This document shows, one piece after another, positions 8,493 through 17,106 of a stretch of 64,000 bases of DNA. A program made the translations under genes and the position numbers. Source of the DNA: an uncultured Chitinophaga sp. (lineage in GTDB: Bacteria; Bacteroidota; Bacteroidia; NS11-12g; UBA955). The notes under the pieces are model-generated. The model saw only the letters and a list, made by a program, of their open reading frames with translations, had not been told where the DNA came from and searched no databases. The stretch's first letter is position 1, and each line of letters opens with the position of its first letter. The stretch covers positions 133,208-197,207 of the forward strand of contig CAYTMQ010000006.1 of NCBI GenBank assembly GCA_964438995.1, written 5' to 3'.

Positions 8493-9764
8493 TTGAGGGT
8501 AGTAAGACCATATACCGTTAAAGGGCATTTGTTGTGTTTCTTGTTAAAGTGTCTATTATTCCCAATTCACATTTTCTTTGGTAGACAATGGAAAAGAGCT
8601 GTCGAATTCGAAGAAAATCCTCGCACCTATAAATTTAAAGATATATTCTATTTCGCATACAAATACTACTATAAATCTCCAGTTCTTCCTTCAGAAGACA
8701 ACATAGTTGACCATTTTAATGTTTCGATATCTAAGGATAAATTTGATACTCTTGCTACGATTTCAATCGCAGGAGATTTAATGTCTTACGAAATGATCAA
8801 ACCTGAAAATACAGCTCATTTATGGGAAGAGGTTGGGCCTGATTTTTTTAGCAGTGATATTGTATTTGCCAACCTAGAGACTGCACTCGATATTAATCGC
8901 CCAAATTCTTTTGTGCCAGAAGTGATGCTGTCTGACATGCATTTTAATACGGATGCAACCACTTTTGATGTTTTTAGTGGAAACGGCAAATTTAAAGGAT
9001 ACGATGTGCTTAGTGTCATCAATAACCATACTATGGACATGGGTGTTGAAGGTATAGATGCGACGCTGGATTTTTTAAAACATAAGAACATCCAATCTGT
9101 AGGAGCAAGACATCTTCAAAGTGAGCTGAATTTTGTTATTAAGGAAGTCAATGGAATCAAAATTGGTTTTGTGGCCTATACCTTTTCATTAAACAAATTT
9201 ATCCCACCAAGTGGATTGGAATGGAAGATGAATTATTTGCCTTTGAACCAATCTAATTGTGATATTTCAAGAATCGTAAACGATATCGATGACTGTAGAA
9301 CTGCAGGTGCAGAATTTATTGTCTGTTCATTGCATTTTGGAAATGCTTACCAGATATATCCTTCAAAGCGTTCAATTGAGCTGGTTGAGCAAATCTTTAG
9401 AACGAGTGGAGCCGATGTAATAGCTGGCGGACATCCGCACAATTTGCAGCCTTGGCGATATTACGAATATACATTTGAGAAAACTGGGAAAAGAAAGAAA
9501 GGTTTTGCAATATACAGTCTAGCTGATTTTATAGCTTATGATATTTATACTTGGTGCCATTTGTGCGCCTATTTAAAAGTTAATATAGGTAGAAATCAAA
9601 CTGGAGAAGTCTTATTTAGCGTTGATGTTAATCCTTTGGTAATGCGCAGAGATAAACACCATTTAAAGTTGTTATATGCGCATAAGTTAATGTCAGGAGG
9701 GTCATTGGATGCTGAGTTAAAAGACATTAAAATGCTATATGATGCTTGTGTTAAGAATAGCTAG
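8493..9764 (+). CDS. CapA family (PGA_cap, metallophosphatase-like) protein
   Basis: Has IAGDLM, VFANLETAL, NNHTMDMG and GGHPHNLQPW blocks as in CapA/poly-gamma-glutamate capsule synthesis family proteins. There is no in-frame ATG before the conserved core, so the start is non-ATG and uncertain. Confidence 0.7.
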   Translation: MRVVRPYTVKGHLLCFLLKCLLFPIHIFFGRQWKRAVEFEENPRTYKFKDIFYFAYKYYYKSPVLPSEDNIVDHFNVSISKDKFDTLATISIAGDLMSYEMIKPENTAHLWEEVGPDFFSSDIVFANLETALDINRPNSFVPEVMLSDMHFNTDATTFDVFSGNGKFKGYDVLSVINNHTMDMGVEGIDATLDFLKHKNIQSVGARHLQSELNFVIKEVNGIKIGFVAYTFSLNKFIPPSGLEWKMNYLPLNQSNCDISRIVNDIDDCRTAGAEFIVCSLHFGNAYQIYPSKRSIELVEQIFRTSGADVIAGGHPHNLQPWRYYEYTFEKTGKRKKGFAIYSLADFIAYDIYTWCHLCAYLKVNIGRNQTGEVLFSVDVNPLVMRRDKHHLKLLYAHKLMSGGSLDAELKDIKMLYDACVKNS

Positions 9765-9784
9765 ATAATCCTTAAATTTGTTGT

Positions 9785-10363
9785 ATGTCTAATACCCTAA
9801 AATTTCTTTCAGTTTTGATGTTGTCTTTGGCAATTAATGCTTGTAAGAATGATAAAGAATCCACTACAAATGATGTAAAAACTTCAGTTAGATTTAAGTT
9901 ATCAAGTACATCTTTTGATAGCGGCGCTGTTATTCCGAATAAGTATACTTGTTCAGTAGGTTCTCAAATATTCCCTCACATTGCATGGAATGACAATGGA
10001 AAATCGCCAGCGAGTTATGTTTTGATTTTGGATGATCCTGATGCGGTTCCTGTTGCTGGTTATGTTTGGAATCATTGGTTGTTATATGATATCCCATCAA
10101 CTGCAATGTCAATTGGTGAAGGTACAGATGCTTTGAATCCATTGCCAGCTGGAACAAAAAGAGGGAAAACAAGTTTTGGAGATACTGCTTATGGTGGACC
10201 GTGTCCTCCGTCTGGTCAACTACACCACTATTTTATTAAACTATATCAAATGGATATTAAAAGTTTGGGAATAGCTAGTGGTTCGGATGTTGCTACTGTT
10301 CGCGGTAAAATGAAAGGTCACATCATTGACAGTGCTGAGTATGTTGGCACATTTCAGCGTTGA
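9785..10363 (+). CDS. YbhB/YbcL family Raf-kinase-inhibitor-like (PEBP) lipoprotein
   Basis: 192 aa. Lipoprotein-like signal (LSLAINAC), then DDPDAV ... WNHWLLYDIP ... GPCPPSGQLHHYFIKLYQ, as in bacterial PEBP proteins. Confidence 0.85.
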   Translation: MSNTLKFLSVLMLSLAINACKNDKESTTNDVKTSVRFKLSSTSFDSGAVIPNKYTCSVGSQIFPHIAWNDNGKSPASYVLILDDPDAVPVAGYVWNHWLLYDIPSTAMSIGEGTDALNPLPAGTKRGKTSFGDTAYGGPCPPSGQLHHYFIKLYQMDIKSLGIASGSDVATVRGKMKGHIIDSAEYVGTFQR

Positions 10364-10666
10364 TTACTCGAATTTCGAGATGATGTTTGCCAATTCGTTG
10401 GCTCTTACAACACCACTTTGTCGCCATAACATTTTACCTTGTTTGAATACCATTAAAGTTGGCACGCCTTGTATTTGGTAGGCTGCAGAAATGGAAGGGT
10501 TTTGGTCAACATCGATTTTTAAAATCCTAACCCTTTCACCCATTTGTGATTTAAGGTCTTCTAAGATAGGTTTCATCATTTTACATGGGCCACACCACTC
10601 AGCTGAAAAATCAACTAGTACGGGTTTTTCGCTTTGAATCAATTCAGAAAATTTTTGATTAGACAT
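10364..10666 (-). CDS. trxA: thioredoxin
   Basis: 100 aa with VLVDFSAEWCGPCKMM (WCGPC active site). Last gene of the sulfur operon. Confidence 0.9.
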   Translation of the reverse strand: MSNQKFSELIQSEKPVLVDFSAEWCGPCKMMKPILEDLKSQMGERVRILKIDVDQNPSISAAYQIQGVPTLMVFKQGKMLWRQSGVVRANELANIISKFE

Positions 10667-10668
10667 GG

Positions 10669-10914
10669 TTATTTGATTTCTTCAAAAGTTGTTTCATCAA
10701 TATTTTTAGTCGATTTAGGTTCGATTCTGCAATTGCCATTTGAGCAACAAGCAACATTGAATAATGCTTGTAAAATCAGCATCAAACCAATCATTAAAAT
10801 GAAAATATCTGGTTGTTGGAAGTATTGAAACAAAATGGCTATACCTAAAATCAGGCGGATACCTCTGTTGAGGTTCCAGCCTGATAAAAGGATATCTTTA
10901 ATGGTTTTAAACAT
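10669..10914 (-). CDS. small two-TM membrane protein, YgaP-transmembrane-domain (DUF2892)-like, with a CCSNGNC motif
   Basis: 81 aa. NLNRGIRLILGIAILFQYF resembles the N.G..DR..R...G start of DUF2892. Second TM is IFILMIGLMLILQALFNVA, followed by CCSNGNC. Assignment is tentative. Confidence 0.55.
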   Translation of the reverse strand: MFKTIKDILLSGWNLNRGIRLILGIAILFQYFQQPDIFILMIGLMLILQALFNVACCSNGNCRIEPKSTKNIDETTFEEIK

Positions 10915-11228
10915 TATATTTTATTTCTTAAACTTAACCAAGAACCGCCATTATGCACATTTGTATATCCCGCATTTTTAAGAATGCTCTTTCCAGATGC
11001 ACTTCTCATGCCTGATGCACAGCAGGTAATAATAGCTTGGTTTTTGTCTTTTAGTTTGCTCATGCCACTGCTTAGCTGGTCAAGAGGAATGTTTACAGAT
11101 CCTTTGATGTTGCCACTAGCAAATTCACTTTTGGTTCTAACATCAATGATGATTCCTCCTGATTTCATCATGTCAGCATAATTGACAGAAGGGCCTAATC
11201 CGAATAGTTTTTTTAATGCACCTAACAT
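10914..11228 (-). CDS. single-domain rhodanese-like sulfurtransferase
   Basis: 104 aa. IIDVRTKSEFASGNIKGSVNIP ... ITCCASGMRSA (catalytic Cys loop CxxGxRS). Confidence 0.85.
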   Translation of the reverse strand: MLGALKKLFGLGPSVNYADMMKSGGIIIDVRTKSEFASGNIKGSVNIPLDQLSSGMSKLKDKNQAIITCCASGMRSASGKSILKNAGYTNVHNGGSWLSLRNKI

Positions 11229-11233
11229 ACGCT

Positions 11234-11521
11234 TTATGCCATTTTAGCTTTTAAATAGTTTACATCCATCCATGAACCACCATTGTAACATTCGATGCCT
11301 AATTGAGATAGGAATCTTTGAGCTTGACCACTTCTGTTGCCAGATGCACAGCATAGAATTAATGGTTGTTTTAAAGATTTGATGTCTTCTAATCTTTCTG
11401 TGATTTCTCCCAAAGGAATGTTGATTGAACCAACTACTGCACCTCCCATAAATTCTGGTACTGTTCTAACATCAACGATTGTTCCTTCTTCGTTTTTTAC
11501 AATTGTTTCTAAATCTATCAT
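11234..11521 (-). CDS. single-domain rhodanese-like sulfurtransferase
   Basis: 95 aa. IVDVRTVPEFMGGAVVGSINIP ... ILCCASGNRSG catalytic loop. Confidence 0.85.
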   Translation of the reverse strand: MIDLETIVKNEEGTIVDVRTVPEFMGGAVVGSINIPLGEITERLEDIKSLKQPLILCCASGNRSGQAQRFLSQLGIECYNGGSWMDVNYLKAKMA

Positions 11522-11537
11522 TTTTTATTTATTAATT

Positions 11538-11831
11538 TTAACTTTGAATTTTACCAATCATACAGCTTGCATAACTTTTAATTTGAGTCAACAATCCGTT
11601 GTCTTCAGTTGCTTCAGGATAACCAAGTGAACTGAGTTTTTTAGTGATCACTTCTTTTGGTAATTGATCGTCGTACTCAACTTCAACTTCACCTGTGTCG
11701 TGGTTTACTTTTACGAGTTGCATGCCTTCTAACTCAGAAAGGTTTTTCTTAATTGTATTTGCACAGCCGCTGCATTTTAAGTTGGCCACAACAATTGTTT
11801 CTTTAATCATTTGTTCCATTAGTTGTTTCAT
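11538..11831 (-). CDS. heavy-metal-associated (HMA) domain protein
   Basis: 97 aa. VVANLKCSGCANTIKKNLSELEG is a ferredoxin-like HMA fold signature with CxxC. The start could be a later Met (11819 or 11810). All candidate starts overlap the upstream gene's end. Confidence 0.7.
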   Translation of the reverse strand: MKQLMEQMIKETIVVANLKCSGCANTIKKNLSELEGMQLVKVNHDTGEVEVEYDDQLPKEVITKKLSSLGYPEATEDNGLLTQIKSYASCMIGKIQS

Positions 11832-12030
11832 GATTTTTAGTTGTTTTTGTGTCTTTTGTAAAACTACTGAAAAGCAAACCTCCCATTAACATGCCATACA
11901 AAGTTGAGTTTAACGGTTTTGAAGTTATAGCACATGTGCCTGATGCACATCCTATAAATTTCCAGTACATATAACCCAATACTCCTCCTAGTACAACCCC
12001 AATTAGGGTCGTTTTCGAAATGCTTTTCAT
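11803..12030 (-). CDS. small two-TM membrane protein with a CASGTC motif (DUF6132-like)
   Basis: 75 aa. LIGVVLGGVLGYMYWKFIGCASGTCAITSKPLNSTLYGMLMGGLLF. My recollection is that this pattern is annotated DUF6132 in Bacteroidota; not verified here. Confidence 0.6.
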   Translation of the reverse strand: MKSISKTTLIGVVLGGVLGYMYWKFIGCASGTCAITSKPLNSTLYGMLMGGLLFSSFTKDTKTTKNHETTNGTND

Positions 12031-12039
12031 ATTGTTTAA

Positions 12040-13449
12040 TTAACTTTTAGAAGCGCAAACAAAATTTGTTTTTGGCAATGATGTCGCTGAAATGGCTTTG
12101 AATCCACCAGCTACTTCTTTGAAATTGTCCCAGCCTCTTGATTTTAATATCGATGCTGCAATCATACTTCTGTATCCACCAGCACAATGTATGGTAAATG
12201 GTTTGTCTTTTGGAAACTCTGATAAATGCTCATTAATGTAATCCAAAGGAATATTGATCGCATTCTCTAAATGTTCAGCATTGTATTCCCCAACGTTTCT
12301 AACATCTATCACAATGGTGTCATTGTTGTGAGCTTGTTCGAATTCTTGAGCAGTGATTCTATCCACTGAGTCAAATTCTTTACCTGAATCTTTCCATGTT
12401 TTGAATCCACCCTTTAAATAGCCAATAGGGAAATCATATCCAACTCTAGCAAGGCGTGTGATAACTTCTTGTTCTCTTCCTTCATCACAAATCAAAAGTA
12501 TTTCTTGTTTGATGTCAGGAATTAGAGCTCCTACCCATGGTGCAAAATTGCCATCAATGCCAATATTGATTGAGTTAGGGATAAATCCTTGTCTAAATAC
12601 ATCAGCATCTCTGGTGTCTAACATCAGAGCTTCTGTCTCGTTTGCCGCAGCTTCAAATTCTTCGGCTGATAATGCTTTGTGACCTCTTTCCAAGATACTA
12701 TCTACACCTTCTGTGCCAGCGATGTTCATCAAGACATTTTTAGGGAAATAGGCAGGTGGGGCAGTTAAGCCATCTAACAGTTCAGCTGTGAATTCTTCTC
12801 TTGTCATATTGGCTCTTAGAGCGTAATTCACCATTTTTTGGTGACCTAAAGTGTCAGTGGTTTCTTTGCTCATGTTCTTGCCACAAGCGCTGCCAGCTCC
12901 ATGATTTGGATATACGATTAGATCATCACTCAAAGGCATAATTTTATTTCTCAATGAATCAAACAACATGGATGCTAACTTCTCTTGAGTAAGGTCAACA
13001 ACTAGTTTTTGAGCCAAATCTGGGCGGCCAACATCTCCAATGAACAGAGTGTCACCAGTTATTATGCCATGTTCTTTGCCGTTTTCATCAGCAAGCAAAT
13101 AACAAGTACTTTCCATGGTATGTCCTGGTGTGTGAATCACTTTGATGCTGTAGTTGCCAATCTTAAATATTTGATTGTCTTCTGCTACGATTGCGTCAAA
13201 GCCAGGCTTAGCAGTTGGACCATAAACGATGCTTGCACCAGTTTTTTTAGCCAAGTCAACGTGACCAGAAACAAAATCAGCATGGAAATGCGTTTCAAAA
13301 ACGTATTTTATTTTCGCATTGTCTTTAATGGCTCTGTCAATGTATGGTTGAACCTCTCTTAGAGGATCAAAAATAGCTGCTTCGCCATTGTTTTCTATAT
13401 AATACGCTGCGTGAGCGATACATCCAGTATATATTTGTTCAACTTTCAT
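12040..13449 (-). CDS. MBL-fold persulfide dioxygenase fused to two rhodanese domains (CstB-like)
   Basis: 469 aa. ETHFHADFVSGH (HxHxDH metallo-beta-lactamase motif) and HTPGHT. A first rhodanese-like domain has a degenerate loop (CDEGRE). The C-terminal rhodanese has the catalytic loop HCAGGYRS. Confidence 0.85.
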   Translation of the reverse strand: MKVEQIYTGCIAHAAYYIENNGEAAIFDPLREVQPYIDRAIKDNAKIKYVFETHFHADFVSGHVDLAKKTGASIVYGPTAKPGFDAIVAEDNQIFKIGNYSIKVIHTPGHTMESTCYLLADENGKEHGIITGDTLFIGDVGRPDLAQKLVVDLTQEKLASMLFDSLRNKIMPLSDDLIVYPNHGAGSACGKNMSKETTDTLGHQKMVNYALRANMTREEFTAELLDGLTAPPAYFPKNVLMNIAGTEGVDSILERGHKALSAEEFEAAANETEALMLDTRDADVFRQGFIPNSINIGIDGNFAPWVGALIPDIKQEILLICDEGREQEVITRLARVGYDFPIGYLKGGFKTWKDSGKEFDSVDRITAQEFEQAHNNDTIVIDVRNVGEYNAEHLENAINIPLDYINEHLSEFPKDKPFTIHCAGGYRSMIAASILKSRGWDNFKEVAGGFKAISATSLPKTNFVCASKS

Positions 13450-13478
13450 AACTGTGAATTATTTTGAATTTTACGATA

Positions 13479-13486
13479 CAAAATTA
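13479..13486 (-). promoter_or_regulatory. candidate Bacteroidota -7 box (TAATTTTG) for the sulfur operon
   Basis: The minus strand reads TAATTTTG (TAnnTTTG consensus) about 30 nt upstream of ATG 13449. No clear -33 TTTG partner was seen. Confidence 0.35.
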
Positions 13487-13527
13487 TGACCAAATTTAAA
13501 TCTTTTACGTGATAATGGTCACATACT

Positions 13528-14034
13528 TCAAAAATTTCTTAAATGCAGGTCAAAAAGTGTGGCACAAGCTTCTGCATCTGAAAGCGCATTATGGTGATTT
13601 AATGGGATGTTTAGTCGTTCACAACAGGCTTTTAAATTGGCTGGACGGAACCCTTTTTTTCTGTAAATTTTTACTGTGCATTCCCATTTTTTTGAAAGTT
13701 TAAGAGAGCGTGGACTCAAGTCGTAGTAGGCTAAGGTCGACTTTAAGACTTGTCTATCAAAGCCCTCATTGTGTGCAACTATCACTTCGTCTTCTAAACG
13801 TTTTAATATCTCTTCTGATACATCGTAAAAAGTTGGAGCATCTATGGTGTCTTGCGGATATATGCCGTGTAACTGAGAAAATCCAGGGTAATACAAATTT
13901 TTTGGTGGTTGGATTAAAGTGTAATATCTGTCAGTGACAATATGGCCTTCCATTGTCACAATGGCTACAGCGCAAGCACTATAGCTGTTGTAATTGGCCG
14001 TTTCAAAATCAATGGCTACAAATCGATTCATCAC
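13528..14034 (-). CDS. DnaQ-like (DEDDh) 3'-5' exonuclease
   Basis: 168 aa. AIDFETAN (Exo I), VAHNEGFDRQVL (Exo II) and HHNALSDAEA (Exo III, H-x4-D). Confidence 0.85.
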   Translation of the reverse strand: MMNRFVAIDFETANYNSYSACAVAIVTMEGHIVTDRYYTLIQPPKNLYYPGFSQLHGIYPQDTIDAPTFYDVSEEILKRLEDEVIVAHNEGFDRQVLKSTLAYYDLSPRSLKLSKKWECTVKIYRKKGFRPANLKACCERLNIPLNHHNALSDAEACATLFDLHLRNF

Positions 14035-14528
14035 TCTTTTCCAAGCATTGCCCTGAAAGATTCTTTTCCTTCAGGCTGTAATTTAAGATTGCCTATCAAT
14101 AGCACTGCTCTTTCTATCCTTTTCTGTGACGATTTCACTTGAGCGACATAGTATATAATGTACCTCTGCATGCCAGGACTTAAAGCATCGAAACGGGCTT
14201 TGCCTTCAGTGTCTTGGTTTAATAATTCTTGTAATTCCTCACAAATGTCCATGCCGTATTCACTGTTGTCTTTTTTTAGAGAGACATGAACTTCAGAGCC
14301 TGTCTGTAGTTTTAACTTGTTCATCCTAGCCTTGTTGATTGTGATGTAGGCATCCCCGTTACTCAAAGACATTAGACCACATTGAAATTCTAAATTTCTG
14401 TTGACTTTACAGACAAGTCTGCCACATTTTAAGCCACCCAATTCCTTTACAATTTTAGCCGGAATAAATACATAATTTACCCCTAATAGATAGTCTAATT
14501 TGTCGATATGGGTGTCAAATTCAAGCAA
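14031..14528 (-). CDS. DUF1905 / YdeI-OmpD-associated family protein
   Basis: 165 aa. The N-terminal half resembles DUF1905 and the C-terminal half (FDALSPGMQRYIIYYVAQVKSSQKRIERA) resembles the YdeI family. TTG start. There is a 4-nt overlap with the exonuclease gene. Confidence 0.65.
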   Translation of the reverse strand: MLEFDTHIDKLDYLLGVNYVFIPAKIVKELGGLKCGRLVCKVNRNLEFQCGLMSLSNGDAYITINKARMNKLKLQTGSEVHVSLKKDNSEYGMDICEELQELLNQDTEGKARFDALSPGMQRYIIYYVAQVKSSQKRIERAVLLIGNLKLQPEGKESFRAMLGKE

Positions 14529-14634
14529 GAGTTCAAATTTAAGAATAAAATTAGCGCAAAATCAATGAGGATTGTAAAGTGTTAAAATTGCGTGAATTAT
14601 TTTGGTAAATTGCCTAGTTTTCAATTCAACGAAT

Positions 14635-14642
14635 TATCTTTG
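14635..14642 (+). promoter_or_regulatory. candidate -7 box (TATCTTTG)
   Basis: Perfect TAnnTTTG match 40 nt upstream of ATG 14682. It lies inside the longer track ORF that starts at 14592, which argues for the shorter CDS. Confidence 0.45.
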
Positions 14643-14681
14643 CAACCCGTGAAATCCGACTATTCCGTGAAAACCATATAT

Positions 14682-15785
14682 ATGACAGATTTAAACTCTC
14701 AATATCAGAGAATTAAATCTGAAATTGACCATGCTATTCAAACGGTATTGGATGGTTCGGTTTTTATCAATGGCAAAGAAGTTGGACAATTTGCCAGTGA
14801 ACTTGCAGATTATTTAGGGGTTAAACATGTTGTTACTTGTGGCAACGGAACAGATGCCCTTCAGATAGCTTTGATGGCGTTAGATTTACCTAAAGGGTCA
14901 GAAGTGATAACTGCAGGTTATTCGTATGCTGCTGTGGCTGAAGTATGCGGTCTATTAGATTTAAAAGCTGTATACGCTGATGTTGATCCAAATACATTTA
15001 ACATAGACGCAACTCAAATAGAATCACTGATAACCAAACAGACTAAAGTCATTTTACCGGTGCATCTTTTTGGTCAGTGTGCTGATATGGATACCATTTG
15101 TCGTATAGCAGAAAAGCACAACCTGTATGTCATTGAGGACAATGCTCAATCAATTGGTGCCGATTGTCGTTTCAATGGTAAAATGGTTAAATCTGGCGCT
15201 ATTGGCCACCTATCAACAACATCATTTTTTCCGTCAAAAAACCTCGGTTGTTATGGAGATGGAGGTGCAATATGTACCAATGATGATGCATTAGCAAGTA
15301 AAATTAAAATGATTGCCAATCACGGTCAGAGTAAGAAATACCATCATGAAGTTATAGGTATGAACTCTAGATTGGACACCATTCAGGCAGCGATATTGAG
15401 GGTTAAATTGAAACATTTAGACAACTTTATTGCCGAACGTCAGAAAGTTGCAGAGGCTTATGATAGGTTATTAGGGGATGTAAATGGCATTGAGATTCCT
15501 AAAAGGGCGCCATGGTCAAACCATGTTTTCCATCAGTACACCTTGAAAATCAAAGGTTTTTCTAGACAAACTTTACAAGAAACTCTAAAAGAAAATGGGA
15601 TTCCAACAATGGTATATTATCCTTTGCCATTGTACAAGCAAAAGGCGTATTTTGCCGAAGTAAATTTACCAGTGTCTGAAGCATTGTGCGAAACAGTATT
15701 AAGTTTGCCAATGGGAACAGACATGAGTGAAGACCAAATTGATATAATAACATCTTTAATAATAGAAACAATAAAACAAGAATGA
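14682..15785 (+). CDS. DegT/DnrJ/EryC1/StrS family sugar aminotransferase
   Basis: MTDLNSQYQRIKSEID... is the usual N-terminus for this family. Also CGNGTDALQIAL, and SFFPSKNLGCYGDGG with the PLP-binding Lys. The track start GTG 14592 adds 30 non-conserved residues. Confidence 0.85.
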   Translation: MTDLNSQYQRIKSEIDHAIQTVLDGSVFINGKEVGQFASELADYLGVKHVVTCGNGTDALQIALMALDLPKGSEVITAGYSYAAVAEVCGLLDLKAVYADVDPNTFNIDATQIESLITKQTKVILPVHLFGQCADMDTICRIAEKHNLYVIEDNAQSIGADCRFNGKMVKSGAIGHLSTTSFFPSKNLGCYGDGGAICTNDDALASKIKMIANHGQSKKYHHEVIGMNSRLDTIQAAILRVKLKHLDNFIAERQKVAEAYDRLLGDVNGIEIPKRAPWSNHVFHQYTLKIKGFSRQTLQETLKENGIPTMVYYPLPLYKQKAYFAEVNLPVSEALCETVLSLPMGTDMSEDQIDIITSLIIETIKQE

Positions 15786-17104
15786 AAATAGCAGTTGTAG
15801 GCACAGGGTATGTTGGACTAGTAACAGGTACATGCTTTGCCGAAGTCGGTTTAAATGTTACATGTATTGACATTGACCAAAAGAAAATTGAAAATTTAAA
15901 GAATGGCATTTTGCCCATTTACGAACCAGGTCTTGATGAAATGGTTAGAAGAAACCATGAAAAAGGAAGATTAAATTTTTCTACAAATCTTTCTGAAAGT
16001 ATTCAAGGTTGTGAAGCTGTATTTATTGCAGTAGGTACTCCACCCGATGAAGACGGTAGTGCTGATTTAAAGTACGTATTAGGAGTTGCAACTGAGATAG
16101 GTTTAAATATGAGCGACTACACTGTTGTTGTTACAAAGAGCACAGTTCCAGTTGGCACAGCTAAAAAGGTAAAACAAGCTTTAACTGATGCTTTAAGAAT
16201 GCGCAATTTCAAAGTGGATTTTGATGTTGCAAGTAATCCTGAATTTTTAAAAGAGGGTGCTGCAATAGAAGATTTCATGAAACCTGATAGAATAGTTATT
16301 GGTGTTGAATCTGAAAAAGCACAAGAAGTGATGAACAGATTGTACAAACCATTTTTGTTGAATGGACATCCTTGTATTTTTATGGATATTCCAAGTGCTG
16401 AAATGACAAAGTATGCTGCAAACAGTATGCTGGCTACAAAAATTAGCTTTATGAATGATATTGCTAACTTATGTGAGTTGATGGGTGCAGATGTAAACAT
16501 GGTTAGAAAAGGTATTGGCAGTGATTCAAGAATTGGTCATAAATTTATCTATCCTGGTATTGGATATGGTGGCTCTTGTTTCCCTAAAGACGTGAAAGCC
16601 TTGGTAAAAACTGCTGACGAGAATGGATATGCCATGCAAGTATTAAAAGCGGTAGAAAGTGTTAACGATGCACAAAAAATGAGAATGTACCACAAATTGA
16701 AATCTTATTTCAAAGATTTGAATGGTAAGAAAATTGCAATGTGGGGTTTGTCTTTCAAACCAAAAACAGACGATATGAGAGAGGCTCCAAGTTTGGTGTT
16801 AATCGATCAACTGTTGAATGATGGTGCTACTGTTATTGCATACGACCCAGTGGCAATGCACGAAGCTGAAAGAATATTAGGCAACAGAATTGACTATTCA
16901 AACGACCAGTATAAAACATTGGAAGGAGCAGATGCACTTGTCATTGTTACTGAATGGCCTGAGTTTAGATCTCCAGATTTTGAAGCGATTGGAACATCAT
17001 TGAAAAACAAAGCCGTATTCGATGGTAGAAATATATATGAACCAGTTGAAATGAAATCGTTAGGATTCCATTACGAATGTATAGGTAGAGAAATAGTGAA
17101 TTAA
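15782..17104 (+). CDS. ugd: UDP-glucose 6-dehydrogenase
   Basis: 440 aa. [16 protein letters not shown] (Rossmann), NPEFLKEG and GGSCFPKDV (catalytic Cys). ATGA overlap with the upstream gene. Confidence 0.9.
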   Translation: MKIAVVGTGYVGLVTGTCFAEVGLNVTCIDIDQKKIENLKNGILPIYEPGLDEMVRRNHEKGRLNFSTNLSESIQGCEAVFIAVGTPPDEDGSADLKYVLGVATEIGLNMSDYTVVVTKSTVPVGTAKKVKQALTDALRMRNFKVDFDVASNPEFLKEGAAIEDFMKPDRIVIGVESEKAQEVMNRLYKPFLLNGHPCIFMDIPSAEMTKYAANSMLATKISFMNDIANLCELMGADVNMVRKGIGSDSRIGHKFIYPGIGYGGSCFPKDVKALVKTADENGYAMQVLKAVESVNDAQKMRMYHKLKSYFKDLNGKKIAMWGLSFKPKTDDMREAPSLVLIDQLLNDGATVIAYDPVAMHEAERILGNRIDYSNDQYKTLEGADALVIVTEWPEFRSPDFEAIGTSLKNKAVFDGRNIYEPVEMKSLGFHYECIGREIVN

Positions 17105-17106
17105 TT

